Below, piece after piece: positions 46,467 through 56,429 of a stretch of DNA of 64,000 nucleotides (the stretch's first letter is position 1; each line of letters starts with the position of its first letter). Location of the stretch: the NCBI GenBank assembly GCA_944372415.1, contig CALVZA010000001.1:512-64511 (forward strand), in the 5' to 3' direction. The notes below the pieces were generated by a model. It saw only the letters and a list, made by a program, of their open reading frames with translations. It was not told where the DNA came from and did not search any database. This DNA is from an uncultured Bacilli bacterium. GTDB lineage: Bacteria > Bacillota_I > Bacilli_A > RF39 > UBA660. The translations under genes were made by a program, and so were the position numbers.

Positions 46467-48734
46467 ATGAAAGAAAATTTACCAATTTTACTTTTAAAAA
46501 AATTAATATTATTGCCTAATCAAGAAATACGTTTAGAAATAAATAATGATGTATCAAAATCTGGTATAGATGATTCTATAAAAAATTATAACTCTAATAT
46601 TTTAGTAATAAGTCCAATTAACTTATTAGAAGAAAAACTAAGTATTAGTGACTTACCTAAAGTTGGTGTTATTGGTAAAATTAAAACAAAAATAAAATTA
46701 CCAAACAATAACTATAGAATAATAATTAAAGGATTAAATAGAGTACAAGTATTAGAATACTTTCAAAATAATAATGGAATACTAAAAAGTATAGTAAAAA
46801 GATTATATATAAATTCTTCTGATAATATAAAAGAAACAGCTTTAGTTAGGAAATTAAAAGAATTAATTAATGAATATATGTTAATTAATAGTGAAGCAAG
46901 TAACTTAATTACGTCAACCATAGAAAGTGTTACTGACTTAGATCTTTTAACAGATATAATTGTTTCATACTTACCAATGGATCAACAAAAAAAATTAGTA
47001 TATATGAACGAATTTGATTATGTAAAAAGAGCCGAACAATTAATTAGTGATATAAATATAGAATTAGAAGTTTTAAATTTAGACTCAAAAATAGATAGTG
47101 AAATTAGAGAAAAATTTGAAAAAGAACAAAGAGATTTTATATTAAAAGAAAAAATAAATAAATTAAATAATGAACTAGGTATATTAACTGATAAACAATT
47201 AGAAATTAATAATTATAAAGAAATGCTAGATGATTTAGTAATACCTGATAAAACAAAGAATAAGTTTTATAATGAAATCAAAAGATATGAATATACTAAT
47301 GATAATAACCCAGATGCTAGCGTAATTAGAAATTACTTAGAATGGGTACTTAATTTACCTTGGAATAAATATTCAAAAGAAGAAAATAATATTAAAAATG
47401 TAAAAAAATATTTGGATAATACACACTATGGATTAGAAAATGTAAAAAGACGTATATTAGAATTTGTTAGTATAAAAAAAATAAATAAAGATATATCTAG
47501 CCCTATACTATGTTTAGTAGGCCCACCTGGAGTAGGAAAAACAACGCTAGGGATAAGTATAAGTAAAGCATTAAAAAGAGAATTTTATAAAATAAGTGTA
47601 GGTGGCTTAAATGATACCAGTGAATTAATAGGTCATAGAAAAACGTTCTTAGGTGCTAATCCAGGAAAAATAATTCAAGGTATTAGTAAATGTAATGTTA
47701 TGAATCCAGTTATACTAATAGATGAAATAGATAAAATGTCTAATAACTATAAAGTTGATCCGTCAAGTACTTTATTAGATATACTAGATGAGGCTCAAAA
47801 TAATATGTTTATAGATAACTATATAGAAGAACCATTTGACTTATCTAAAGTTATGTTTATACTTACTGCTAACAATATAGATGATATACCTACTGCATTA
47901 AAAGATAGACTAGAAATAATAGAGATTAATTCATATACAGAATATGAAAAAATAGATATAGCAAAAAGATATATAATTCCAGAAACAACTTTAAAATATG
48001 GTATAAAACAAATAAACTTTAAAGATGATACAATATTATATATAATTAATAATTATACAAAAGAAGCTGGTGTACGTGAATTAGATAGAATATTAAAAAG
48101 ATTAATAAGAAACCATTGTTTAGATAAAGTAAAATCAAAAGAAATAAGTATAGATTTTGTTAAACAAATATTAGGTGAACCAAAATACATAAAAGAAGAA
48201 ATAACTAATCATAAAGGAGTTGTTAATAGTTTGGCATGGACACCATATGGTGGAAATATACAGAAAATAGAATGTATTAGTTTCGAAGGTACTGGTAATA
48301 TAGAAATAACTGGTAATGTAGAAAATATATTAAAAGAAAGTATATTAGTAGCCATATCTCTTATAAAACATAAAAAATATGTGATTAAAAATTTTAATTC
48401 TATTGATTTACATATTAACGCACTAAATGCTGGAGTAAAAAAAGATGGTTCTAGTGGTGGAGTAGCAATAACTACTGCAATACTTAGTATCTTAAAAAAT
48501 AAAGTTATAAAAAGTGATATAGCAATGACAGGAGAAATTACTTTAAACGGCGATGTACTTGCTGTTGGAGGTATAAAAGAAAAAATTATTGGAGCATATA
48601 ATAATATTAAAACCATTTATATACCATATAATAATGAAGTAGATTTACTAACTATACCAGATAATATAAAAGAAAAAGTAACTATAAAACTAGTTAAAAA
48701 TTATGATGAAATATATAAAGAATTATTTAAATAG
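46467..48734 (+). CDS. lon: ATP-dependent Lon protease (LonA type)
   Basis: Lon N-domain, GPPGVGKTTLG Walker A, IDEIDK Walker B, catalytic KKDGSSGG and GGIKEK. Confidence 0.92.
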   Translation: MKENLPILLLKKLILLPNQEIRLEINNDVSKSGIDDSIKNYNSNILVISPINLLEEKLSISDLPKVGVIGKIKTKIKLPNNNYRIIIKGLNRVQVLEYFQNNNGILKSIVKRLYINSSDNIKETALVRKLKELINEYMLINSEASNLITSTIESVTDLDLLTDIIVSYLPMDQQKKLVYMNEFDYVKRAEQLISDINIELEVLNLDSKIDSEIREKFEKEQRDFILKEKINKLNNELGILTDKQLEINNYKEMLDDLVIPDKTKNKFYNEIKRYEYTNDNNPDASVIRNYLEWVLNLPWNKYSKEENNIKNVKKYLDNTHYGLENVKRRILEFVSIKKINKDISSPILCLVGPPGVGKTTLGISISKALKREFYKISVGGLNDTSELIGHRKTFLGANPGKIIQGISKCNVMNPVILIDEIDKMSNNYKVDPSSTLLDILDEAQNNMFIDNYIEEPFDLSKVMFILTANNIDDIPTALKDRLEIIEINSYTEYEKIDIAKRYIIPETTLKYGIKQINFKDDTILYIINNYTKEAGVRELDRILKRLIRNHCLDKVKSKEISIDFVKQILGEPKYIKEEITNHKGVVNSLAWTPYGGNIQKIECISFEGTGNIEITGNVENILKESILVAISLIKHKKYVIKNFNSIDLHINALNAGVKKDGSSGGVAITTAILSILKNKVIKSDIAMTGEITLNGDVLAVGGIKEKIIGAYNNIKTIYIPYNNEVDLLTIPDNIKEKVTIKLVKNYDEIYKELFK

Positions 48735-48807
48735 ATTTAAATTTACTTTACAAACATTATTTACAATAACAAAATAAACTATTATACTTTAAATAGGGTG
48801 TTTATAA

Positions 48808-49854
48808 ATGAAAATGAAACTAAATAAAAGAAAAATAATATATATTATAGTAGCGTTAATTTTATTAATTGCATTAATTGTTTTATTAATAACACACTAT
48901 AACAATAAATACTTAGTTAGTGGAAAAAATAAAGAAATAAAACAACAAGAAAAAGTACCAGAAAATGTAGTTGCTACTAATGAAGAAGAAAAAATAAAAC
49001 CAAAAACTAAATATAAAAAAAAGTTAATAACAAATAAAGATAATTTAGATAATATAGAAATAGAAGTTTTAAAAAATAATGAAATAATAAAAGATAATAC
49101 TATTAAAGTAACAAAAGAAGATATAATTGATATTAAAGTTAAAAATATTAATACTAAATATAAAGTTTATTATGCGTTAAAAAATGAAATAACTACTACT
49201 GACTTTATTTTATTAAAAGACGGTAAGATATTCAAAGATTATACACCATATACTAAATTAAAATTATTAATAAAAATAGTTACTAAAAATAATGAAAAAA
49301 TATATGAAAAAAATGAATTTAAATTATATGATATAGTATATAAATATGATAAAAATGAAGAGTTAAATGAAGATATTATAGTTGGTGAATTAGATGATAA
49401 AGATTATAAATATGATGATAAAGAAAAAAATAAAGATATAGTCATAGAAGATGTAACTAATTTAGAAAATAATGATAATAAAGTAAATATAGATGAAAAA
49501 AAAGATGCAGTAGTAAATATAAAAGGAAATATTTATTTAGTTGATAAAACTGATATTAGCGAACTCGAATTAACAGGGTATTTATATATTGATACTGATA
49601 GTGAAATAACATTTAATAAGTATGCTGAAAAAATAGATTTGAAAAATATATATACAATAAGTATATTAAGTAAAGAATTTAATTTAAATGGTAAAAAATA
49701 TATTTATGAAATAATTAAAGATAATGTATGTATAAAAAAAATATTGGATGATAAAAACTATGAAGATAGTGATTTAGAAGATAACTTTAATGAAAATATA
49801 GAAATATCTAAAGATGAAAATGATAATTTAATAATTTCTAAAAAAGACAATTAA
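48808..49854 (+). CDS. hypothetical membrane-anchored Lys/Asp/Asn-rich protein
   Basis: N-terminal TM segment, 348 aa, no recognised domain. Confidence 0.4.
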   Translation: MKMKLNKRKIIYIIVALILLIALIVLLITHYNNKYLVSGKNKEIKQQEKVPENVVATNEEEKIKPKTKYKKKLITNKDNLDNIEIEVLKNNEIIKDNTIKVTKEDIIDIKVKNINTKYKVYYALKNEITTTDFILLKDGKIFKDYTPYTKLKLLIKIVTKNNEKIYEKNEFKLYDIVYKYDKNEELNEDIIVGELDDKDYKYDDKEKNKDIVIEDVTNLENNDNKVNIDEKKDAVVNIKGNIYLVDKTDISELELTGYLYIDTDSEITFNKYAEKIDLKNIYTISILSKEFNLNGKKYIYEIIKDNVCIKKILDDKNYEDSDLEDNFNENIEISKDENDNLIISKKDN

Positions 49855-49877
49855 AAAAGATGAGTTTCTCATCTTTT
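49855..49877. terminator. bidirectional terminator between convergent genes
   Basis: aaaagatgag/ctcatctttt 10-bp stem, 3-nt loop, A and T runs built into the stem. Confidence 0.65.
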
Positions 49878-50061
49878 AATTTGAGTTGTTATTCCAAGAC
49901 CAGCCAGCTCCGATTATGATTACTAATAAAATAAATAAAACTATCCATAATGCTGCACCCCAACCATATCCGTTAGTTGTTCCTGCATAATATCCGCCTT
50001 GGCAACAAGGATTGTAGTTATAACCTGCATTATAACCACCATTATATCCGTAATAGTACAT
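49876..50061 (-). CDS. YjcZ-family-like small Gly/Tyr/Asn-rich membrane peptide (sporulation-associated family)
   Basis: MYYYGYNGGYNAGYNYNPCCQGGYY...GYGWGAALWIVLFILLVIIIGAGW resembles YjcZ-type peptides (GYG-rich head plus a FALIVVLFILLIIVG-type tail). GGAGG RBS. Confidence 0.6.
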   Translation of the reverse strand: MYYYGYNGGYNAGYNYNPCCQGGYYAGTTNGYGWGAALWIVLFILLVIIIGAGWSWNNNSN

Positions 50062-50195
50062 ATTATTACCTCCTAATCTATCTAATATAGTTTATTAAAG
50101 ATAATAAAAAATTGTTATTATAAATTAATTAAATATTAAAATATTTATTGATATACAAACGAATGTATGTTAAAATTGAATAAGGATGTGATAAG

Positions 50196-50747
50196 ATGTA
50201 CAGTTATATAATAGGACTAATAACAGGATATGATAAAAATTGTATAATTTTAGAAAATAATAATATAGGGTATTTAATAAATGTTTCAAACCCATATAAT
50301 TTTAAGATAAATGAAACGGTTAAAGTATACTTATATAATCATATTAAAGAAGATGAAAATAGTTTATATGGTTTTAAAACATTAGAAGAAAAAGATTTAT
50401 TTTTAAAACTTATTAATGTAAAGGGAATAGGACCTAAAATGGCTTTGCCATTATTTTCTGGCAATAATATTAAAGGAATTTATGATGCAATTAATACAGA
50501 TAATATTACTTATTTAACTAGATTTCCTAAAATAGGAGAAAAAGTTGCTAAACAAATAATATTAGATTTAAAAGGTAAACTTACTAGTCAAACTGATTTA
50601 TTCCAGTATGATTCTAAGGAATTAATAGAAGTATTAGAAAGTTTAGGTTATAAATCTAATGATATAAAGAAAATATTACCAAAAGTAGATACAGATATTG
50701 ATATAGAATTACAAATAAAAGAAGCTTTGAAATTGTTAGGAAAGTGA
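50196..50747 (+). CDS. ruvA: Holliday junction DNA helicase RuvA
   Basis: OB-fold N-terminus, HhH motifs ([25 protein letters not shown]), domain III. Confidence 0.92.
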   Translation: MYSYIIGLITGYDKNCIILENNNIGYLINVSNPYNFKINETVKVYLYNHIKEDENSLYGFKTLEEKDLFLKLINVKGIGPKMALPLFSGNNIKGIYDAINTDNITYLTRFPKIGEKVAKQIILDLKGKLTSQTDLFQYDSKELIEVLESLGYKSNDIKKILPKVDTDIDIELQIKEALKLLGK

Positions 50748-50751
50748 TATA

Positions 50752-51762
50752 ATGGATGATAGAATAATATCTAAAGAATTAATAAGTGGAGATACATTAG
50801 AGAATACATTAAGACCTCAATATATAAAAGATTATATTGGACAAAATGAAGTTAAAGAAAATATAAAAATATTTATAGATGCTGCAAAAATGAGAAATGA
50901 GTCATTAGACCACGTATTATTGTATGGACCTCCAGGTTTAGGAAAAACTACGCTTGCACATATTATTGCAAATGAATTAGGTACTAATATAAAAACAACT
51001 ACTGGCCCAAGTATAGAAAAAAGTGGAGATTTAGCAGCTATATTATCAGGGTTAGAACCAGGAGATGTATTATTTATTGATGAAATACATAGAATACCAA
51101 AATTTATAGAAGAAATATTGTATTCTGCTATGGAAGATTTTGAATTAGATATAGTTGTTGGTACAGAGGGAAATACTAGGAATATAAAAATAGATTTGCC
51201 ACCATTTACATTAGTAGGAGCAACTACTAAAGCAGGTGACTTGTCTAGTCCACTAAGAGATAGATTTGGAATTGTTTCTAAATTAAACTATTATAGCGAA
51301 AGTGAATTAAAACAAATAATTGAAAGAACAAGTAGAGTATTAAATATGGAAATAACTCCTGATGCTGCAGAAGAATTAGCAAAAAGAAGCAGGAAAACGC
51401 CGAGAATTGCTAATAGACTATTTAAAAGAGTGAGAGACTTTGCAAGTGTTATAGGAGATGGCATTATCGACAAAGATATAACTAATAGTGCATTAAAAAG
51501 ATTAAAAGTAGATAAATATGGTTTAGACCAAATAGACTTAGAATATCTAGTAAGTCTAATAACTAAATTTAATGGAGGCCCTGTTGGAGTTGAAACAATT
51601 GCAGCAAGTATAGGAGAAGAAGTTTCAACTATTGAAGATGTTGTAGAACCATATCTTTTGCAAGAAGGATTTATTAAAAGAACTCCTAGAGGAAGAATGA
51701 CTACAGAAAAAGCAAAAGAACATTTAAAAGAAACACATTTAATATTTGACAATAACTCCTAA
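50752..51762 (+). CDS. ruvB: Holliday junction DNA helicase RuvB
   Basis: [46 protein letters not shown]. Confidence 0.97.
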   Translation: MDDRIISKELISGDTLENTLRPQYIKDYIGQNEVKENIKIFIDAAKMRNESLDHVLLYGPPGLGKTTLAHIIANELGTNIKTTTGPSIEKSGDLAAILSGLEPGDVLFIDEIHRIPKFIEEILYSAMEDFELDIVVGTEGNTRNIKIDLPPFTLVGATTKAGDLSSPLRDRFGIVSKLNYYSESELKQIIERTSRVLNMEITPDAAEELAKRSRKTPRIANRLFKRVRDFASVIGDGIIDKDITNSALKRLKVDKYGLDQIDLEYLVSLITKFNGGPVGVETIAASIGEEVSTIEDVVEPYLLQEGFIKRTPRGRMTTEKAKEHLKETHLIFDNNS

Positions 51763-51799
51763 TTATTTTATACTTTATATATAAAGTAGGTGGTACTTG

Positions 51800-51994
51800 A
51801 TGAACAACAAGGGACAGGCTTTAGTGGAATATGTTTTAATTATTGCTTTAATAAGTGTTATTACTATTAGTTTAGTAAACTATTTTGGTGGTTATTTAAA
51901 AGATTCTATAACTAAATCTAGTTGTTCTTTAGTAGGACAAGTTTATGAAAAGGGTGCTAAACCTGGAGAAGGAAAATGCATTGATCCTGAGTAA
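51800..51994 (+). CDS. Flp-type / class III signal peptide pilin-like protein (64 aa)
   Basis: MNNKG-QALVEY-VLIIALISVITI fits the Flp prepilin G/xxxxEY motif followed by a hydrophobic helix. Two Cys in the C-terminal part. AGGTGG RBS. Confidence 0.55.
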   Translation: MNNKGQALVEYVLIIALISVITISLVNYFGGYLKDSITKSSCSLVGQVYEKGAKPGEGKCIDPE

Positions 51995-52019
51995 AATCCT
52001 CCTGTAATGAGGATTTTTT
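51994..52019 (+). terminator. intrinsic terminator after the pilin-like gene
   Basis: aaatcctc/gaggattt stem merging into a T run. Confidence 0.65.
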
Positions 52020-52054
52020 AGCACCAATTGTAATGAGGATTTTTTAGCACCAAT
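52003..52054 (+). repeat. perfect tandem duplication of a 26-bp unit
   Basis: tgtaatgaggattttttagcaccaat at 52003-52028 and again at 52029-52054. This duplicates the 3' arm and T tract of the terminator. Confidence 0.95.
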
Positions 52055-52083
52055 TTGACATTTATATTAAAAAGTGCTATAAT
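52055..52083 (+). promoter_or_regulatory. sigma-A promoter for the 139-aa gene
   Basis: TTGACA (52055-52060), 17-nt spacer, TATAAT (52078-52083). Confidence 0.65.
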
Positions 52084-52114
52084 TTATACACATGTGAAAT
52101 AAGGGGGTTATTTT

Positions 52115-52534
52115 ATGAAAGGGTTTGTTTTAGATTATATTAATGAGAATGAGTTTAAAAAATTAGAAAGAGCATTAAAAAAATATAATATGCTTGCTTA
52201 TAAAAAATTAAACTTTGAATATTATCCAGAATTAAGAAAAGGTAATTTTATAGGTGAATTAATTAGTAAAAATAAAAGTGAAAAAACTGAAACTTATGAA
52301 TTGAAATTACCAAGCGACAGTATGTTTAAACAAGTTCATGGGGATGTAACATTAAAATATATTGTATATAAAGAACAAAATATAGTCATGTTAGATACAT
52401 TAACACCTACTGAAATTTTATTAGAAGGTCATATGGCAGAATTAACAACATATAAGGGTGTTATGATAAGCAAAGCAAATGCATCAAAAGATATGTTTAA
52501 AATTGATTTATTAAATATGTTACAAAATAAATAA
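52115..52534 (+). CDS. hypothetical protein (139 aa)
   Basis: Strong AAGGGGG RBS and consensus promoter. No signal peptide. The segment VTLKYIVYKEQNIVMLDTLTP vaguely recalls RelE/ParE-type strands, but no firm assignment is possible. Confidence 0.4.
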   Translation: MKGFVLDYINENEFKKLERALKKYNMLAYKKLNFEYYPELRKGNFIGELISKNKSEKTETYELKLPSDSMFKQVHGDVTLKYIVYKEQNIVMLDTLTPTEILLEGHMAELTTYKGVMISKANASKDMFKIDLLNMLQNK

Positions 52535-52604
52535 TAGGCAAAATACCTATTATTTTTTTTACTTTACATCTTACAAAAAAAACAAAAAATTTATCAATTT
52601 TAAA

Positions 52605-52633
52605 TTGACAACATATTTATCATTTGATATGAT
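52605..52633 (+). promoter_or_regulatory. sigma-A promoter of TasA-like gene 3
   Basis: TTGACA (52605-52610), 17-nt spacer, TATGAT (52628-52633). Confidence 0.65.
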
Positions 52634-52657
52634 TTTATTGTAGGAGGATAAAGAAAG

Positions 52658-53467
52658 ATGAAATCAGAAAATAATGGAAAGATTGCAATAGCTGTAGTAG
52701 CAATGTTTGTTGTTGCATTATCAATAGTAGGATTTACTTATGCATACTTTACTGCACAAGTACAAGGTAATACTGCTGATAAGAGTGTTGAGGTTACAGC
52801 AGGAAGGTTAGAAATAGTTTATGCTAATGGTAATGAAATATTAGCACAAAATATTGTGCCTGGATGGGTTAGTAACGGAGATTATTATTTTGATACTGTA
52901 TGTTCAAGTACTGATGAAAACGAAGATGGTATTTATGAAATCAAAGCTGTTTCAAAATCTGCTATAGCAGAAGCTAAAAATAAATGTTCAGAAACAGATC
53001 AAAGAACACCAGCAACTCTTAGTCCAACAACAGCAGATGGACTTACTGATAAAGTAACATTTTCTGTAAGTAATTCAGCAGAAAATACTGCTGATAACAG
53101 TTATATTATTAGATTAACAAATATTACTAATGGACTAGCTGAAGCAGATAGAAAAAATTTCTTTGTTACATTATATGATGGAGAAGATGCTGTAGTTTGG
53201 AGTGGTAATTTAGCTGCTTCTGGAACTCAAGTTATTGTACCAGCTGCTAGAACTATTGCAGATGATGATGAAACACAAAATTATTCTATTTCTTTAACTT
53301 ATAAAAACATTGAGGGTGCACAATCTAGTAAAGGTGTTGGAGTTAAAGCTACAGTAGAAGTAATTGGTGTTGTTGAAAATGACGATTCTGAGTGGGTTGA
53401 TGCAGATGGAAGAACTATAACTTTTGCAAGTCCTAATACTAACGAACCTACTAATGGTTTAAGTTAA
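52658..53467 (+). CDS. TasA/camelysin-like secreted protein with SipW-type signal peptide (269 aa)
   Basis: ...ALSIVGFTYAYF signal; VEVTAGRLEIVY, NIVPGW, FVTLYDGED, YSISLTYKNIEGAQSS...VKATVEVIG. Leader and RBS identical to the gene at 44805. Confidence 0.6.
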   Translation: MKSENNGKIAIAVVAMFVVALSIVGFTYAYFTAQVQGNTADKSVEVTAGRLEIVYANGNEILAQNIVPGWVSNGDYYFDTVCSSTDENEDGIYEIKAVSKSAIAEAKNKCSETDQRTPATLSPTTADGLTDKVTFSVSNSAENTADNSYIIRLTNITNGLAEADRKNFFVTLYDGEDAVVWSGNLAASGTQVIVPAARTIADDDETQNYSISLTYKNIEGAQSSKGVGVKATVEVIGVVENDDSEWVDADGRTITFASPNTNEPTNGLS

Positions 53468-53478
53468 TTATTTTAAGA

Positions 53479-53506
53479 AAAGAACTATTTTAAAGTTCTT
53501 TTTTTT
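53479..53506 (+). terminator. intrinsic terminator
   Basis: aaagaact/agttcttt stem merging into a T run. Confidence 0.7.
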
Positions 53507-53587
53507 GTCAATTTATGACAAAAAATTTATTTTTATTTAATTATAAATATTTTTATGTTATACTTTATATAGTAAGGTGGAGTAGAA

Positions 53588-54295
53588 ATGGAATTTATTG
53601 AAATAAAAAACTGTTACAAAATATATAAAAATGGTGTTACTGCTCTTGCGGATGGGAATTTAACTATTAGTAAAGGAGAGTTTGTCTTCTTAATTGGACC
53701 AACTGCAAGTGGTAAATCAACTTTATTAAAATTATTATATAGAGAAGAAAAGCCAAATAAAGGAGAAGTACACGTTGGTAATATAGATATTTCTAAATTG
53801 AGAAATAGCAAAGTTTATAAATTAAGAAGGAAAATAGGAATTGTATTCCAAGACTTTAAATTATTGCCCAAACTTACTGTATATGAAAATGTTGCTTACC
53901 CTTTAGAAAGTTATGGAATGAGAAGTAAAGAAATTAAAGACTTCGTTTTAAAAGCATTAGAAAGAGTTGGACTAAAAGATAAATATAGAAGTTACCCTCA
54001 TGAACTTTCTGGAGGAGAACAACAACGTGTATGTATTGCAAGAGCAATAGTCAATGAACCAAAATTAATTATATGTGATGAACCAACTGGAAATTTAGAC
54101 CCTGATACATCAAAAGAAATAATGGATGTATTAGTAAAAATTAATGAAGAATTAGGAACTACAATAGTTATGGCAACTCACGATAAAGAAATAGTGAATA
54201 GATTAAAAAAACGTGTAATTACTATTAAAAATGGTGTAATTGTAAGTGATAAAAAGAAAGGAAAATACGATAATGAAGCTGATAAGAATATTTAA
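53588..54295 (+). CDS. ftsE: cell division ATP-binding protein FtsE
   Basis: GPTASGKST Walker A, LSGGEQQR signature, ICDEPTGNLD Walker B. Confidence 0.92.
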   Translation: MEFIEIKNCYKIYKNGVTALADGNLTISKGEFVFLIGPTASGKSTLLKLLYREEKPNKGEVHVGNIDISKLRNSKVYKLRRKIGIVFQDFKLLPKLTVYENVAYPLESYGMRSKEIKDFVLKALERVGLKDKYRSYPHELSGGEQQRVCIARAIVNEPKLIICDEPTGNLDPDTSKEIMDVLVKINEELGTTIVMATHDKEIVNRLKKRVITIKNGVIVSDKKKGKYDNEADKNI

Positions 54296-55172
54296 TAGAA
54301 GCATACGAGATTCATTTAAAAGTATATTTCGTAATTTCAGTTTATCTGTTGCCAGTATTTCTTGTACTGTAATTACATTGATTTTAGTATCTCTTGCAAT
54401 ATTAGCAACAGAAAATGTAACAAATATGACAGAAAAAATAGAACATGATTTAACTATGGTAGTGTTTGTAGATAGTAAAGCATCTACAGAAGAATTAAAA
54501 AATATAGAAAATGAACTAAAAGCAATTAATAATATAGATACAATAACTTTTAGAAGTAAAGATGAAATAAAAAATAATATGAGTAGTGAAAATGAAGCTT
54601 TTAAAAATATAATGGACAGTTGGAATGAAGATGAAAATCCTCTACAAAGTACATATATATTAAAAGTTAAAAATATAAAAGAAATTAAAGAAACAGCAGC
54701 TACAATAAAAAATATAGATAAAGTAACCTTAGTTAAATATGGTGAAACTATGGTTGATAAAATGATAAATACTTTTGATATTATAAAAAAATGTTGCTGG
54801 GTAATAGTATTGGCATTAGTATTAGTCACTATATTCTTAATAACTAACACTATAAAAATTACTATATTTAGTAGAAGGAATGAAATTGGTATAATGAGAT
54901 TAGTAGGAACTAGTAATAGTGTTATAAAATTACCATATTTATTTGAGGGTTTATTATTAGGAGCATTTGGTAGTTTAATTCCAATTTTAATAACCATATT
55001 TGGTTATACATATTTTTATGAGGCTATGGGTGGTGTAATTTTTTCAAACCTAGTAGAATTAACTAAACCATCTAGTATAATATTTACAACTTCACTTGCT
55101 TTATTTATTATTGGAGCGGTAGTAGGTATGTTTGCAAGTTTAAGAGCTGTTAGAAAGTATTTGAAAATATGA
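54273..55172 (+). CDS. ftsX: cell division permease FtsX
   Basis: ATG at 54273. One TM segment, an extracellular loop domain, then three C-terminal TM segments. Coupled to ftsE. Confidence 0.88.
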   Translation: MKLIRIFNRSIRDSFKSIFRNFSLSVASISCTVITLILVSLAILATENVTNMTEKIEHDLTMVVFVDSKASTEELKNIENELKAINNIDTITFRSKDEIKNNMSSENEAFKNIMDSWNEDENPLQSTYILKVKNIKEIKETAATIKNIDKVTLVKYGETMVDKMINTFDIIKKCCWVIVLALVLVTIFLITNTIKITIFSRRNEIGIMRLVGTSNSVIKLPYLFEGLLLGAFGSLIPILITIFGYTYFYEAMGGVIFSNLVELTKPSSIIFTTSLALFIIGAVVGMFASLRAVRKYLKI

Positions 55173-56374
55173 AGAAAATAAATAAACTATTAATAATAAC
55201 ATTTATATTATTTATATCATCATATACAGTGATAGTAACTAACGCATCTACTAATGCAAAAACTTTAAGAGAATTAAAAAATGAATTATCTAGTCTAAAA
55301 TCTAAAAAAGCACAAAAAGATAATGAAAAAACACAAACTCAAGGACAAATAGCCGCTTCTAATCAGTCAATTGCAAATGCAAAAAACGAAATTAATATAA
55401 ATCAAAATAAAGTTGAAAAAGCAAAAGAAGATATTGTAGAATTAAATAAAAGTATAAAAGAAACAAATGAAAGTATTAAAAAAACTATAACTGCATATCA
55501 AGTAACTGACGGTCAAAACGTTTACTTAGAATATGTATTTGATGCAACAAGTTATGAAGATTTAGTTTATAGATATGCTATAGTTGAACAAATATTAGAC
55601 TATAACAATGAACAAATATATAAATATAATGATTTGATCAAAAAAAATGAACAATTACAAATAGATTTGGCAAATAGAGAAAAAGAATTAAATAACCAAA
55701 TAAATTCATTAAGTGATAAAATAGAATCTCTAGGAGATAAATTAGAACAAATATCTGAAGATACAATGGACGTACAAGATGAAATAAATTCTACACAAGA
55801 ATTAGTAAATTATTATACTAATTTAGGTTGTGGGTTAGACCAAGATTTAAATGACTGTGTTTCTATAAAAGGAGATACTTCATTTAGAAAACCATTATCT
55901 AAAGGAACTATAACTAGTTACTTTGGCTATAGGATAAATCCTTTAACTGGTGCTGGTACAAAATTCCATAGTGGCGTTGATATTGGAGGAAATAAAGAGG
56001 GTACAAACGTATATGCAACAGCAAATGGTATGGTAGGAAAAATAATAAGAAGAGCATCTTGTGGTGGAAATCAAGTTTACGTATTCCATACAATTAATGG
56101 TAGACAATATACTTCAATGTATATGCATCTTCTTACAATAAATGTATCAATAGGAGATCAAGTTACAAGTAATACTGTAGTAGGTACCGTTGGTGGTGGC
56201 GCTGGAACAAGAAGTTATGATAGCTGTTCTACGGGAGCCCACTTACATTTCACACTTGCAAATGGTTGGTATGGAAAGACATATTTAACGTATAGCAAAT
56301 TCTTAGCAAATACATTTGACCCTAAAAAAACATTAGGTTTACCTAGTAAAGGAAGATACTGGTATAGTAGGTAA
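55169..56374 (+). CDS. coiled-coil M23 family peptidase (EnvC/PcsB-type partner of FtsEX)
   Basis: Signal peptide, about 200 aa of coiled coil, and an M23 domain with FHSGVDIGG and GAHLHF. ATGA overlap with ftsX. Confidence 0.85.
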   Translation: MKKINKLLIITFILFISSYTVIVTNASTNAKTLRELKNELSSLKSKKAQKDNEKTQTQGQIAASNQSIANAKNEININQNKVEKAKEDIVELNKSIKETNESIKKTITAYQVTDGQNVYLEYVFDATSYEDLVYRYAIVEQILDYNNEQIYKYNDLIKKNEQLQIDLANREKELNNQINSLSDKIESLGDKLEQISEDTMDVQDEINSTQELVNYYTNLGCGLDQDLNDCVSIKGDTSFRKPLSKGTITSYFGYRINPLTGAGTKFHSGVDIGGNKEGTNVYATANGMVGKIIRRASCGGNQVYVFHTINGRQYTSMYMHLLTINVSIGDQVTSNTVVGTVGGGAGTRSYDSCSTGAHLHFTLANGWYGKTYLTYSKFLANTFDPKKTLGLPSKGRYWYSR

Positions 56375-56429
56375 TTAATAAAAAGACCACGTTTTAAGAC
56401 TAAACGTGGTTTTAAAAATATAATTTATT

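Noticed and set aside
52018-52080. TTAGCAC ... GTGCTA inverted repeat around the promoter of the 139-aa gene, considered as a third CIRCE element.
   Set aside because: The half-sites resemble CIRCE arms, but the spacing is about 23 nt instead of 9 and the inner arm bases do not match. It is probably not an HrcA site. It is kept only as a note in the duplication finding.
54203-54997. A 264-aa minus-strand ORF antisense to ftsX.
   Set aside because: Same reasoning: a hydrophobic low-complexity antisense artefact inside ftsE/ftsX.
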